Source of the DNA: a virus
IMG/VR virus record: IMGVR_UViG_3300024978_000122
Direction: 5' to 3' (one strand)
Length of the DNA: 64,000 nt
The position numbers were made by a program, and so were the translations under genes. Position 1 is the first letter of the stretch, and the number at the start of each line of letters is the position of its first letter. Below are positions 1 to 8,691 of the stretch, piece by piece. The notes beneath the pieces were generated by a model. The model saw only the letters and a list, made by a program, of their open reading frames with translations. It ran no database searches and was not told the origin of the DNA.

Positions 1-124
1 AACTGCATAGTGAAGCCCGCGAGCAGCCTCACTGCCAAGGATTCCCGCCGAACGGCACCAAACGAGTGCAGGCTTGAAAGTTTTACACTATGCTGTACAC
101 ATTTGCTCACGTTTGGCCACAACC

Positions 125-331
125 ATGACAGCCAGTGCTGACGAGGGGGAAATCCTCACCCTCAAGCAGGTCGCGGACTTCCTGAAGGTCACGGAACGGA
201 CGATCTATCGGTTGGCCGCAGCCGGGAAGATTCCTGCGTTCAAGGTCGGCGGAACGTGGCGATTCTCCAGGGCGGAGATCAATCGATGGATTCAACGGCA
301 GCAAATAGACGGCAAAGCCGATAAGACGTAA
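125..331 (+). CDS. Excisionase-type (HTH_17/MerR-like) DNA-binding protein heading the chaperone operon
   Basis: EILTLKQVADFLKVTERTIYRLAAAGKIPAFKVGGTWRF pattern. ATG at 125 preferred over TTG at 74. Paralog at 12011. Confidence 0.85.
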   Translation: MTASADEGEILTLKQVADFLKVTERTIYRLAAAGKIPAFKVGGTWRFSRAEINRWIQRQQIDGKADKT

Positions 332-344
332 CTCACTGGAGGGC

Positions 345-719
345 TTGATGACTCAGCAGACCGAAGGCAGTGAACAGATGGAGCAATCGCTGATCGACAT
401 CGCGGTCGAGAGTTGGCGCTTTTCGCGTCTGTTCGGAAAAGTCGTCAGCAAACTCGATGCTGGAGAGTCAGGTCGTTACGCCAATCAGCTCCGCTACTTT
501 CAGAAAAAAGTCGAGGAAAGCCTCGAGTCGAGCGGTCTCAAGCTCGTCAATGTCGAAGGGCAGCCTTACGACCCGGGCATGGCGGCCTCCGCTTTGAACG
601 TGGGTGACTTCGGCCCCGACGACGTGCTTCTCGTTGATCAGATGGTCGAGCCAATCATCATGGGGGCGAACGGCCTACGCAAACAAGGCACGGTAATGCT
701 GAGGAAGGTGGAAGCATGA
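345..719 (+). CDS. Short GrpE-like protein (C-terminal GrpE domain only)
   Basis: LESSGLKLVNVEGQPYDPGMAASAL...PIIMGANGLRKQGTVML resembles the GrpE G..FDP...R...V beta domain. Stop overlaps the Hsp70 start (ATGA). Start is 345 or 348. Confidence 0.6.
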   Translation: MMTQQTEGSEQMEQSLIDIAVESWRFSRLFGKVVSKLDAGESGRYANQLRYFQKKVEESLESSGLKLVNVEGQPYDPGMAASALNVGDFGPDDVLLVDQMVEPIIMGANGLRKQGTVMLRKVEA

Positions 720-3205
720 AATACGTTGGGATTGACCTCGGCACGACCAACAGTGCCATCTGCTCCTTCGACGGGGAGAGGATTCAGCTCTACAAGAGCC
801 CGGAGCAGCACGACGTTACGCCTTCCGCGATCTTCATCGACCGGCGTAGCAACAAGTACATCGGGTCGCGCGCCTACATGAACGCCGCACGCAATCCGGA
901 CAACGCCGCGACGCTGTTCAAGCGCCTGATGGGCACCAGCACGCCAGTGAAACTGCCTGCGGTCAATCTAACCATGACGCCAGAGGAGTGCTCTGCCGAG
1001 GTGCTGCGCACTTTATTCGGCTACCTGCCGGAAGAAATTCGGGGGGATGGCGACACGGGCACCGTCATCACGGTGCCTGCCGCCTTCAACCAGATGCAGA
1101 AGGACTCGACGATGGCTGCTGCCGACGCGGCTGGCCTCGGGCGGGTCGCGCTGATGCAAGAGCCAGTCGCCGCCGTGATGAGCGTCATGCGCCAACGGAA
1201 GAACGATGGCGTGTTTGTCGTCTACGACCTCGGTGGCGGCACGCTCGACATTGCCATCGCGGAGAGCATCTCGGGGCGCGTGAACCTGCTGGCCCATGGC
1301 GGCATTGCCATGTGTGGTGGGCGCGATTTCGACCGCATCCTGTTCGACAACGTCGTCAAGCCGTGGCTACTGGAGAACTTCGACCTTCCCGAAGATCTGG
1401 CTGCGAACCCACAGTTCAAGTCTCTGCTGCGCATGGCCACATGGGCGACGGAAAAGGCCAAGATCGAACTCTCGCAGAAGGAGGAAGCGGTTGTCAGCCT
1501 TCCCGAGACTGAGCTGGGCGTCCGTGACCAGTCAGGCGAGGAGATCTACATCGACATCGCGGTTGATCGCAAACGCTACGACGGGCTGATTGCATCGAAG
1601 CTCGAGGAGTCCATCCAGTCCGCCCGCGAAACGCTCGAAAAGGCCGGATTGAGTCCGCACGATGTCGAACGCGTCGTCTTCGTGGGAGGCCCCACGCACT
1701 ACAAGCCCCTGCGCGACAAGGTCGCCTTCGAGCTGGGAATCGCCCCGTCCACCGACGTGAACCCGATGACGGCTGTTGCTGAAGGGGCTGCCGTTTTCGC
1801 CGAATCAATCGACTGGTCGTCGCAAAGCCGTGGGCGCAAAAGTGCTCGTGGCGCAATCAGCGCCGGTGGCTCACTCGACCTCTCGTTCAACTACATCGCG
1901 CGCACGCCAGACTCAAGAGCCAAGATCGTCGCCAAGCTGGGCCGCGCGCCCACGGGCATCGAGTTCCAGATCGACAGCCTTGATACAGGCTGGTCGTCTG
2001 GCCGCGTTGCGCTGAAGGATGGCGCGAGCATCGAACTCAGTCTGACCAAGCCCGGCGACAACACCTTCAAGGTGTTTGTGTTCGACTCCAACGGTGCGCC
2101 CGTCACGTTGGGTGAGGACAAGATCGTCATTGCACGTACCGCTGCCAGTATTGACGCGATTCCGGCGTCACATTCCATTGGCGTGGAAGCGCGCGACAAG
2201 GTCGGGGGTCGCTTGGTGCTGGACTACCTCGTGCGCGAAGGCGATCAACTTCCCAAGAAGGGCAAGAAGACCTTCAAAGCGGGCGAGTCGCTCAAAGCTG
2301 GAAGTGCGGGCTCGATCAAGTTCAAGCTATGGGAAGGCGAGATATCTGACCCGATCAACGACAACCGTTTCATCGGCATGTTCGAGATCAAGGGGTCGGA
2401 CTTCGATGACGGCGTCATCACCGCTGGCGCAGAGATGATCTGCGAGTACGAAGTGCTCGACTCCGGCAACATTCAGTTGGAAGTGTCGGTGCCTTCCATC
2501 AGTGGTTCGTTCAAGAGCGGACGCAACTACTACTCCAGCCAGGAGGGCAAGGTCGACTACACCAGTCAGGCCAAGAACATTCAGGAACAGTCCGAACACA
2601 CGCTGGAACGGCTCGAAGAAATGGCCTCCAAGGTGGACGATCCACGCCTGGAGCAAGCCCGCGAGAAACTGGAGCAGGCAAACACCATCGAGTCCGGGGA
2701 GACCGACCCTGAAACAGCGAAGCAGGCGATGGACAACGTACAGGAGGCCAAACGCCTGCTGGCGCTGACTCGCAAAGAGCACCTGAAGGACATCCGCCAA
2801 CTCGAACTGGACAGGACGGTCGGCTTCTTCGAGAAGGCTGTGCGTCAGCATGCCAGACCGACCGAGACATCGTCGTTCGATAGCTTGGTGAAGACGGCGC
2901 AGCGCGCCATCGACAACAACAGCAACGACTTCGAATCGCACCTAGACGACCTGCGGGGCCGCAACTTCATGATCCTGTGGCGTCAGGATTGGTTCGTGAT
3001 CGACCGCTTCAAGTGGCTGGCCCAGGACACCTACCTTTTCGCCGACCTCCACGAACACGCGCAGTGGGTGGCCGTTGGTACCGAGGCGCTAAAAGCCAAC
3101 GACATCGACAAGCTGCGCGCCGTCGTCGCCAATCTCGACTCCATCCGCATCGGCTCCGCAGGAGAGGACGACATGATGGCGGGCGCGAACATCGTTCGGA
3201 GCTGA
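716..3205 (+). CDS. Atypical Hsp70 (DnaK-family) chaperone ATPase
   Basis: GIDLGTTNS, FKRLMG, VITVPAAF, QEPVAA, YDLGGGTLD and FVGG motifs. 829 aa with an extra domain after the ATPase domain, so not a housekeeping dnaK. Confidence 0.95.
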   Translation: MKYVGIDLGTTNSAICSFDGERIQLYKSPEQHDVTPSAIFIDRRSNKYIGSRAYMNAARNPDNAATLFKRLMGTSTPVKLPAVNLTMTPEECSAEVLRTLFGYLPEEIRGDGDTGTVITVPAAFNQMQKDSTMAAADAAGLGRVALMQEPVAAVMSVMRQRKNDGVFVVYDLGGGTLDIAIAESISGRVNLLAHGGIAMCGGRDFDRILFDNVVKPWLLENFDLPEDLAANPQFKSLLRMATWATEKAKIELSQKEEAVVSLPETELGVRDQSGEEIYIDIAVDRKRYDGLIASKLEESIQSARETLEKAGLSPHDVERVVFVGGPTHYKPLRDKVAFELGIAPSTDVNPMTAVAEGAAVFAESIDWSSQSRGRKSARGAISAGGSLDLSFNYIARTPDSRAKIVAKLGRAPTGIEFQIDSLDTGWSSGRVALKDGASIELSLTKPGDNTFKVFVFDSNGAPVTLGEDKIVIARTAASIDAIPASHSIGVEARDKVGGRLVLDYLVREGDQLPKKGKKTFKAGESLKAGSAGSIKFKLWEGEISDPINDNRFIGMFEIKGSDFDDGVITAGAEMICEYEVLDSGNIQLEVSVPSISGSFKSGRNYYSSQEGKVDYTSQAKNIQEQSEHTLERLEEMASKVDDPRLEQAREKLEQANTIESGETDPETAKQAMDNVQEAKRLLALTRKEHLKDIRQLELDRTVGFFEKAVRQHARPTETSSFDSLVKTAQRAIDNNSNDFESHLDDLRGRNFMILWRQDWFVIDRFKWLAQDTYLFADLHEHAQWVAVGTEALKANDIDKLRAVVANLDSIRIGSAGEDDMMAGANIVRS

Positions 3206-3207
3206 TC

Positions 3208-4647
3208 ATGGCCTTGGAAGCGTGGCTACCTGTTGGATTCCAATTGCCGGATGGCGCACGGGTGCGCATCGCACTGTTCGATGGCGCGGACTGGCAGATC
3301 TGCGAAACGATGGGCGGCGGCCGCGCCCTGATCGCACAGGACACGCTGGCGCAACACTGGGTCGAGGCAGGACTGATCGACGAAGGGACGCTGGATGCCT
3401 TCCAGTTCGGTACCCGTCAACTTCGAACGATTTCCAGCGCGCCGAGCCAGACGCTTTGCCCCGTCAGCGAAGGCAAGTCTCCAGACAACAAGTCCGAGGC
3501 ATTGGCCTTCGCGCTGGCGTTGAAGGCCACGCGCGACATCGACCCAGAGTCGGCGCTGCAAGATGCCTTGTATGTCGAGAAGATCACGCGCTTGCTGCCG
3601 ACCTACAGCATCAGTTCCAGAACCGGCGACGATGTCGTGCTCGGCTACTGGCTGACGGGTGGCACCAACATTCCAGCCAGCTCATTCCGCCGCCTGCGTC
3701 AGTCGATGAGCTGGCTGGGCGCGAGCCACTTGAAGGATGTAGTGCAGGCAGCAGGCTTCGAGGTCGCCGAAATCATCCCGCTCGAACGCCAGCCGGACAC
3801 GCCGACCGAGAAGACCGAGGCTGTTCCCGCTGACGAAAAGACCGGGGCCAAACGCACCGCCCCAGAACCGAACAAGGTGTTCGAACTGGCGGGGCGACCA
3901 GAGTTGGCCGCCTTCTTCAACGAGCACATCGTTGACATCATCCTGCACCGCGAGCGCTACAAGGCACTTGGCATCGAGTTCCCCTCTGCGGTGATCCTGC
4001 ATGGCCCTCCGGGCTGCGGCAAGACCTTTGCTGTCGACAGACTGGTGGACTTCCTCGGCTGGCCGAGCTTCCAGATCGACGCCTCCAGCGTGGCCAGCCC
4101 CTACATCCACGAGACCAGCAAGAAGGTCGCGCAGGTGTTCGACAAGGCGATGGAAAACGCACCGTCTGTGCTCGTGATCGACGAGATGGAGGCGTTCCTC
4201 GCCGACCGCGAAATGGGCTCGGGCCATCACCGTGTGGAAGAAGTGGCCGAGTTCCTGCGTCGCATTCCGGAGGCAGTAAAGAACGACGTGCTGATCATCG
4301 CCATGACGAACCGCATCGAGATGATCGACCCGGCCATCCAGCGCCGGGGGCGCTTCGATCATGTCATCAAGGTGGACTTCGCCAGCGAGGTCGAAGTGCT
4401 GGCACTGCTGGACAAGTTGCTCGCCTCCTTGCCAAAAGAGTCGGATGTGGACGCCAAGCCGCTGGCGAAAGAACTGGCGGGCAGGCCCTTGTCCGACGTC
4501 TCTTTCGTGGTGCGCGAAGGTGCGAGGCTGGCGGCGCGCTCCGGCAAGGATCGCCTGGATCAAACCAGCCTTTTGTCCGCTCTGCGCTCGTCACCGGCGC
4601 GGGAGCGTGAAGGCGGTGAAACCAAGCGACGTATCGGATTTGTTTAG
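3208..4647 (+). CDS. AAA+ ATPase (FtsH/p97/SpoVK-like module) with an uncharacterised N-terminal domain
   Basis: Walker A GPPGCGKT, Walker B VIDEME, SRH MTNRIEMIDPAIQRRGRFD, C-terminal RIGF. ATG 3208 lies 2 nt after the Hsp70 stop. Confidence 0.9.
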   Translation: MALEAWLPVGFQLPDGARVRIALFDGADWQICETMGGGRALIAQDTLAQHWVEAGLIDEGTLDAFQFGTRQLRTISSAPSQTLCPVSEGKSPDNKSEALAFALALKATRDIDPESALQDALYVEKITRLLPTYSISSRTGDDVVLGYWLTGGTNIPASSFRRLRQSMSWLGASHLKDVVQAAGFEVAEIIPLERQPDTPTEKTEAVPADEKTGAKRTAPEPNKVFELAGRPELAAFFNEHIVDIILHRERYKALGIEFPSAVILHGPPGCGKTFAVDRLVDFLGWPSFQIDASSVASPYIHETSKKVAQVFDKAMENAPSVLVIDEMEAFLADREMGSGHHRVEEVAEFLRRIPEAVKNDVLIIAMTNRIEMIDPAIQRRGRFDHVIKVDFASEVEVLALLDKLLASLPKESDVDAKPLAKELAGRPLSDVSFVVREGARLAARSGKDRLDQTSLLSALRSSPAREREGGETKRRIGFV

Positions 4648-4659
4648 GGAGAGGCACTC

Positions 4660-5970
4660 GTGGTCGAGGGGGAAGACAAAAACAAGAAAGACGAAAGCAA
4701 AGGCTTCGCCGGCCTCTCGTCGCTCGTGTCCGATGTGGATACGTCGCCGCCTCCTGCTGCCAAGAGGGAGCCCACCAGCACGTCTGGCGCTTCTTCGAGT
4801 CCACATCCACATCCGCCTCCATCAGCGCAAACGGCACCGGCGCAGCCCCAGCCAAGGCAGCAGCAAACGTATCAAGAGCCTTCGCAACCGTCATCCGGAT
4901 CATCTGGCGGCAAGTGGGTGCTCGGCATCGCGGCTGTCATCGGCGTCCTTTGGTTGATCGGCCAGGCCGACAAGCCCACGACCTCGTCAGCGCCCACCTA
5001 CTCACCACCGGTGCAAAGCGCTGCGCCGAGCTATTCGCCGCCAGCGCAGCCGCAAGAGCCTTCTCGTCCGGCTGAATCTCAGCCGCCGGTTGGGCAAAAC
5101 ACCGTCCTGTCGACAGCGCAGATCCGGTATTGCATGGCCGAGGACATCCGTATGGATGGCGCGAAGGCCGCAGTCAATAACTACATCGACGCCGACGTGG
5201 AACGGTTCAACGCGATGGTGGCCGACTACAACAGCCGTTGCGGCAGCTTCCGCTATCGCAGCGGCGCGCTGGAAAGTGCGCGACGGGACATCGAGCCGTA
5301 CAGGGGCCAGCTTCAGTCTGAAGGCCGGAGCAGATTCGCTCGTCCGTCCACTGGCTCACCTTCGACGCCAGCACCAGTGCAATCCAATCCAAGTACAGCC
5401 GTATCCAGTGCTCAAAGTCGCACCGTCCCCGGCCTTGAGTCACTTACATACGACGAGAAGGATGCTATTGAAACCGCCTGCATCCTGAAACGCAGCGAGG
5501 GAGCAGCCAGCTACAACAGGTGCATATCTGCCCAGATTGCTGCTCTCGCCAATGCACCCCGTACACCTGATTTATCAAGTTTGTCCTATGACGAAAAAGA
5601 TGCCATAGAAACCGCGTGCATTCTGAAACGCAGTGAAGGAGCCGCCAGTTACAACCGCTGTCTAGCCTCTCAACTTAGTGCCCTTTCCAACGCTCCACGC
5701 AAACCTGATCTGTCGGGCTTGTCTTACGACGAAAAGGATGCCATCGAAACTGCATGCATCCTGAAACGTAGCGAGGGAGCCGCCAGTTATAACAGGTGTG
5801 TGGTTGCTCAACTTCGCGCTCTTGCCAATGCACCGCGACTACCCAGCTTGGCAGGGTTGTCCTATGACGAGAAGGATGCCATTGAAACTGCCTGCATCCT
5901 GAAACGCAGTGAAGGGGCCGCAAGCTACAACAGGTGTGTGGTTACTCAACTTCGCGCACTAGGCAGATAG
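4660..5970 (+). CDS. Single-pass membrane protein with Cys-containing extracytoplasmic domain and four C-terminal 46-aa repeats
   Basis: TM segment KWVLGIAAVIGVLWLIG flanked by Pro-rich linkers. GTG start after an AGGGAGAGG RBS. Confidence 0.85.
   Translation: MVEGEDKNKKDESKGFAGLSSLVSDVDTSPPPAAKREPTSTSGASSSPHPHPPPSAQTAPAQPQPRQQQTYQEPSQPSSGSSGGKWVLGIAAVIGVLWLIGQADKPTTSSAPTYSPPVQSAAPSYSPPAQPQEPSRPAESQPPVGQNTVLSTAQIRYCMAEDIRMDGAKAAVNNYIDADVERFNAMVADYNSRCGSFRYRSGALESARRDIEPYRGQLQSEGRSRFARPSTGSPSTPAPVQSNPSTAVSSAQSRTVPGLESLTYDEKDAIETACILKRSEGAASYNRCISAQIAALANAPRTPDLSSLSYDEKDAIETACILKRSEGAASYNRCLASQLSALSNAPRKPDLSGLSYDEKDAIETACILKRSEGAASYNRCVVAQLRALANAPRLPSLAGLSYDEKDAIETACILKRSEGAASYNRCVVTQLRALGR
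5434..5967 (+). repeat. Four tandem 138-bp (46-aa) coding repeats, last one partial
   Basis: Core YDEKDAIETACILKRSEGAASYNRC starts at 5449, 5587, 5725 and 5863, exactly 138 bp apart. Confidence 0.97.
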
Positions 5971-5984
5971 GAGCGATCATCGAT

Positions 5985-8009
5985 ATGGCAATGGCAATCT
6001 GCTTTAAATGCGGTTCTGCAAAATCCGGCGCACTGGTCGCCTGCCGGAGTTGTAATGCTGCGCCGCGCACGAACAGCGAGTATGCCGTTTCGCTCGCGCT
6101 CTCCGACCATCTGTCGTCCAAAGATCAACTGGCCCAGTACAGCCACGAACTTCGCAACGGTCAGAAACTGTCTGTGCCGCGTGAGGCGCTTGTTCAGGCG
6201 CTGGATGCACTGAAAGACCCACAGCTCCTGGCGATGCTCGGCGCGCAAGCAGCAGCTCCCGCTCCAGCACCATCCGCCCCAGCAGCAACCCGACAGCCTC
6301 CACCTGCACCGTCGGCAGCTTCGCAACGGTCAGCCCCGCCGCCACCGTCTATCAGGCCGGAGCGTCGACTCACCAAGACGGCCCTCCATCAGTCCCCGTT
6401 CGCCATCTTGGGCGTGACGACACGCGATGACCGCAGACGCATCGTCGAGCTTGCGGAAGAGAAGTCACTGGAACTGGATCACGAGGTTTGCCAGAAGGCG
6501 CGTTCTGATCTGACCAATCCACGCAACCGACTGAGCGTGGAAATGGCTTGGCTCCCCGGCGTCTCGCCTCGCAAGGCATCTCAACTTTTTGACAGCCTGG
6601 TTCACAACCCGATGGCGATTCGGGAAGAGTCTGGTCTGCCTACGCTGGCACACCTGAACCTGCTGGCCGCTGCATTTGAGGCTGTGGATGGTGAGCACGA
6701 TGCGGACGATTTGGCTGAGTTCATCATGGAGACCGCCTACCTTGCCGAAGAGCTAAGCCCCGAGGATGTCCTGCGCGACCTCAATGAGGATCGCGCCGTC
6801 TCCGGCTTTCCGGAAGTGCGTGCGCTCGACCAGATCGAAGCCGAATTGAACGAGCGCAAGCGGTACTACCGCATCGCCATCAAAGACGCCCTCGACAGAC
6901 TTCCGCCAATGACGCTGATCCAAGTGATGACGGAAGCCGTCGATGGCGTGACTTCGGGCGGTGAAGATCATGCACCGGGGCTGGTCGATGATCTCGTGGA
7001 CAGCTACGAGGTGGAAACCCAAGGCATCCTGCAAAAGGAAGCGGAAAACGTCCACAAGCTCATCAAGGTGGCCAGAGAGCATGCCGACTCCGGCGAAGCA
7101 GCCGTCAAGCCTTACGTGGACAAGCTTGATGTGGTTGCACGTAATTGGGACAAGATCGCCCAGCCCATTCAACTGAGTTCGAAGGCGCGCGGTATCGACC
7201 ACGAAGCGAGCCGTCACTTGGCCTATGAGATTCGTAGCCTCGCTATCGACTTATTCAACAAGCATGACATGTTGGCGCAGTCTCAGCGACTGACCGGTCT
7301 GATTCAGGAGCTTTTTTCTGAAGTACCGGAAATCGCAGATCGAGTTGAGGAAGATGCGGACGCGCTCGCGGACATCTTCCAACAGCGCCAGCAGGCTGTG
7401 GCCCGCAAAGATGAGTGGGCGCGCGAAATATCTTACCGTGCCGAGATTGGCGTCATGTTCAAGGACACTTTGAGCATCTCGCCCCAGGGCGTCTCATGGA
7501 AGGGGCAGAACTTTCCCCTCGACTCGATCACGCGCGTTCGTTGGGGCGGCGTCAGTCATTCTGTCAATGGCATCCCCACAGGAACGACCTACACGATTGC
7601 GTTCGGCAATCGAAGTTCCGAAGCAGTTGTGGAACTGAAGAAGCAGGACATCTACAGCACGTTCATCGACAAGCTCTGGCGTGCGGTCTGCGTGCGTCTG
7701 CTCACCGAAATGCTCGAAGCCCTGAAAGATGGTCGCGATCTGCACTTCGGTGATGCGCTCCTGCACGACGACGGCATCACGCTGGTGAAGCGCAAGTTCC
7801 TCGGCTCCAACGAGAAGGTGCGTTGTTCGTGGGGCCAGGTCCACGTATGGAGTGCTGATGGTTCTTTCTGTATCGGAGCCAAGGACGACAAGAAGGTGAA
7901 TGCCGGGATTTCCTATATTCACGGTGCGAACACGCACGTTTTGGAGCAGGCCATTCGCATGGGTTTCAAGAAGCCTGGGATGCGCCGTTTGAGCGAGCTG
8001 CTGCAGTGA
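5985..8009 (+). CDS. Multidomain protein: N-terminal Zn ribbon, degenerate J-like segment, helical region, C-terminal PH-like domains
   Basis: CFKC..CRSC. SPFAILGV...ARSDLTNPRNRL mimics J-domain helices I and III/IV but has no HPD. C-terminal LSISPQGVSWKG..FPLDSI and LHDDGITL..CSWGQV look bPH-like. Confidence 0.7.
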   Translation: MAMAICFKCGSAKSGALVACRSCNAAPRTNSEYAVSLALSDHLSSKDQLAQYSHELRNGQKLSVPREALVQALDALKDPQLLAMLGAQAAAPAPAPSAPAATRQPPPAPSAASQRSAPPPPSIRPERRLTKTALHQSPFAILGVTTRDDRRRIVELAEEKSLELDHEVCQKARSDLTNPRNRLSVEMAWLPGVSPRKASQLFDSLVHNPMAIREESGLPTLAHLNLLAAAFEAVDGEHDADDLAEFIMETAYLAEELSPEDVLRDLNEDRAVSGFPEVRALDQIEAELNERKRYYRIAIKDALDRLPPMTLIQVMTEAVDGVTSGGEDHAPGLVDDLVDSYEVETQGILQKEAENVHKLIKVAREHADSGEAAVKPYVDKLDVVARNWDKIAQPIQLSSKARGIDHEASRHLAYEIRSLAIDLFNKHDMLAQSQRLTGLIQELFSEVPEIADRVEEDADALADIFQQRQQAVARKDEWAREISYRAEIGVMFKDTLSISPQGVSWKGQNFPLDSITRVRWGGVSHSVNGIPTGTTYTIAFGNRSSEAVVELKKQDIYSTFIDKLWRAVCVRLLTEMLEALKDGRDLHFGDALLHDDGITLVKRKFLGSNEKVRCSWGQVHVWSADGSFCIGAKDDKKVNAGISYIHGANTHVLEQAIRMGFKKPGMRRLSELLQ

Positions 8010-8037
8010 TTTAATCAAGAAATATTGGGGAGTTTTT

Positions 8038-8682
8038 ATGGGGTTTCTGTCGAACCTGTTCGGGGGCAATAAAGAGGACAAGGCGCTGCGCGAGGCATTG
8101 GCGCAGATTCACCGCATCCTCGATGACGAAGCATTCCAGTTGGAACTCGTCCATCCTGCAATGAAGGCGATGCTGGAGTCGGCTCCCGCCTATGACAAAG
8201 ACCCGAACGGCAGCGGCCCTTTCGGCTTCACCGAGTCCAATCCGATTCCAGTCAACGGGCCAATCGGCCAGCTGGCGTATCTGTCCAAACTCGAAACCCA
8301 GTCTGGTCAGCGCATCCTTTTTCATCGTCTCGGTGCCATCGACACGGTAGACGTGTTCGAGGCCGTGACGTTCAACGGTGCAGAGTGGTTCATCCTGTTC
8401 GTTGATCTTTACCATCCGCGACGCTCGCGCCTCACCCCGGACGGTTTCCGTTTCACGAAAGAGGTCGCGCAGTTCTCCGGCTTCCACAAGTTTTGCGAGA
8501 ACTTTCCCTACGACTTCGTCGAGAAGAAGGCGTCCGAGCGCGAATCGGGACTGAGCATGGCCTACATCGCCATCAGCAAGGTGTCCGACCAAATCCAGAA
8601 TCGAGTCTTCAATCGGCCGCTGGCTCACAAGGCCAAGCTCGATCTCGTGAAGAGCCGGTTGTCGAGCTTCCAATCCCAATAG
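8038..8682 (+). CDS. Hypothetical protein with amphipathic N-terminus
   Basis: Clean in-operon ORF with MGFLSNLFG start and a GPFGFTESNPIPVNG...AYLSKL motif. Function unknown. Confidence 0.75.
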   Translation: MGFLSNLFGGNKEDKALREALAQIHRILDDEAFQLELVHPAMKAMLESAPAYDKDPNGSGPFGFTESNPIPVNGPIGQLAYLSKLETQSGQRILFHRLGAIDTVDVFEAVTFNGAEWFILFVDLYHPRRSRLTPDGFRFTKEVAQFSGFHKFCENFPYDFVEKKASERESGLSMAYIAISKVSDQIQNRVFNRPLAHKAKLDLVKSRLSSFQSQ

Positions 8683-8691
8683 GTGACGCCG

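Noticed and set aside
74-102. TTGAAA plus TACACA as a sigma70 promoter for the first operon
   Set aside because: The -10 match is poor at any acceptable spacing, so it cannot be supported.
716-3205. Calling this the housekeeping dnaK of a dnaK-dnaJ-grpE heat-shock operon
   Set aside because: It is too long, lacks the canonical linker and C-terminus, has degenerate partners and lies in an accessory island.
2977-3207. N-terminal extensions in the ORF track (2977, 5934, 12136, 14436, 15551, 17493, 48560, 63705 and others)
   Set aside because: They overlap upstream genes with junk-like sequence; downstream ATGs give stop-start coupling or an RBS and match family N-termini.
5434-5967. 138-bp periodic repeat as a CRISPR array or DGR template
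   Set aside because: The repeats are in-frame coding units with synonymous variation; there are no unique spacers, no cas operon and no reverse transcriptase.
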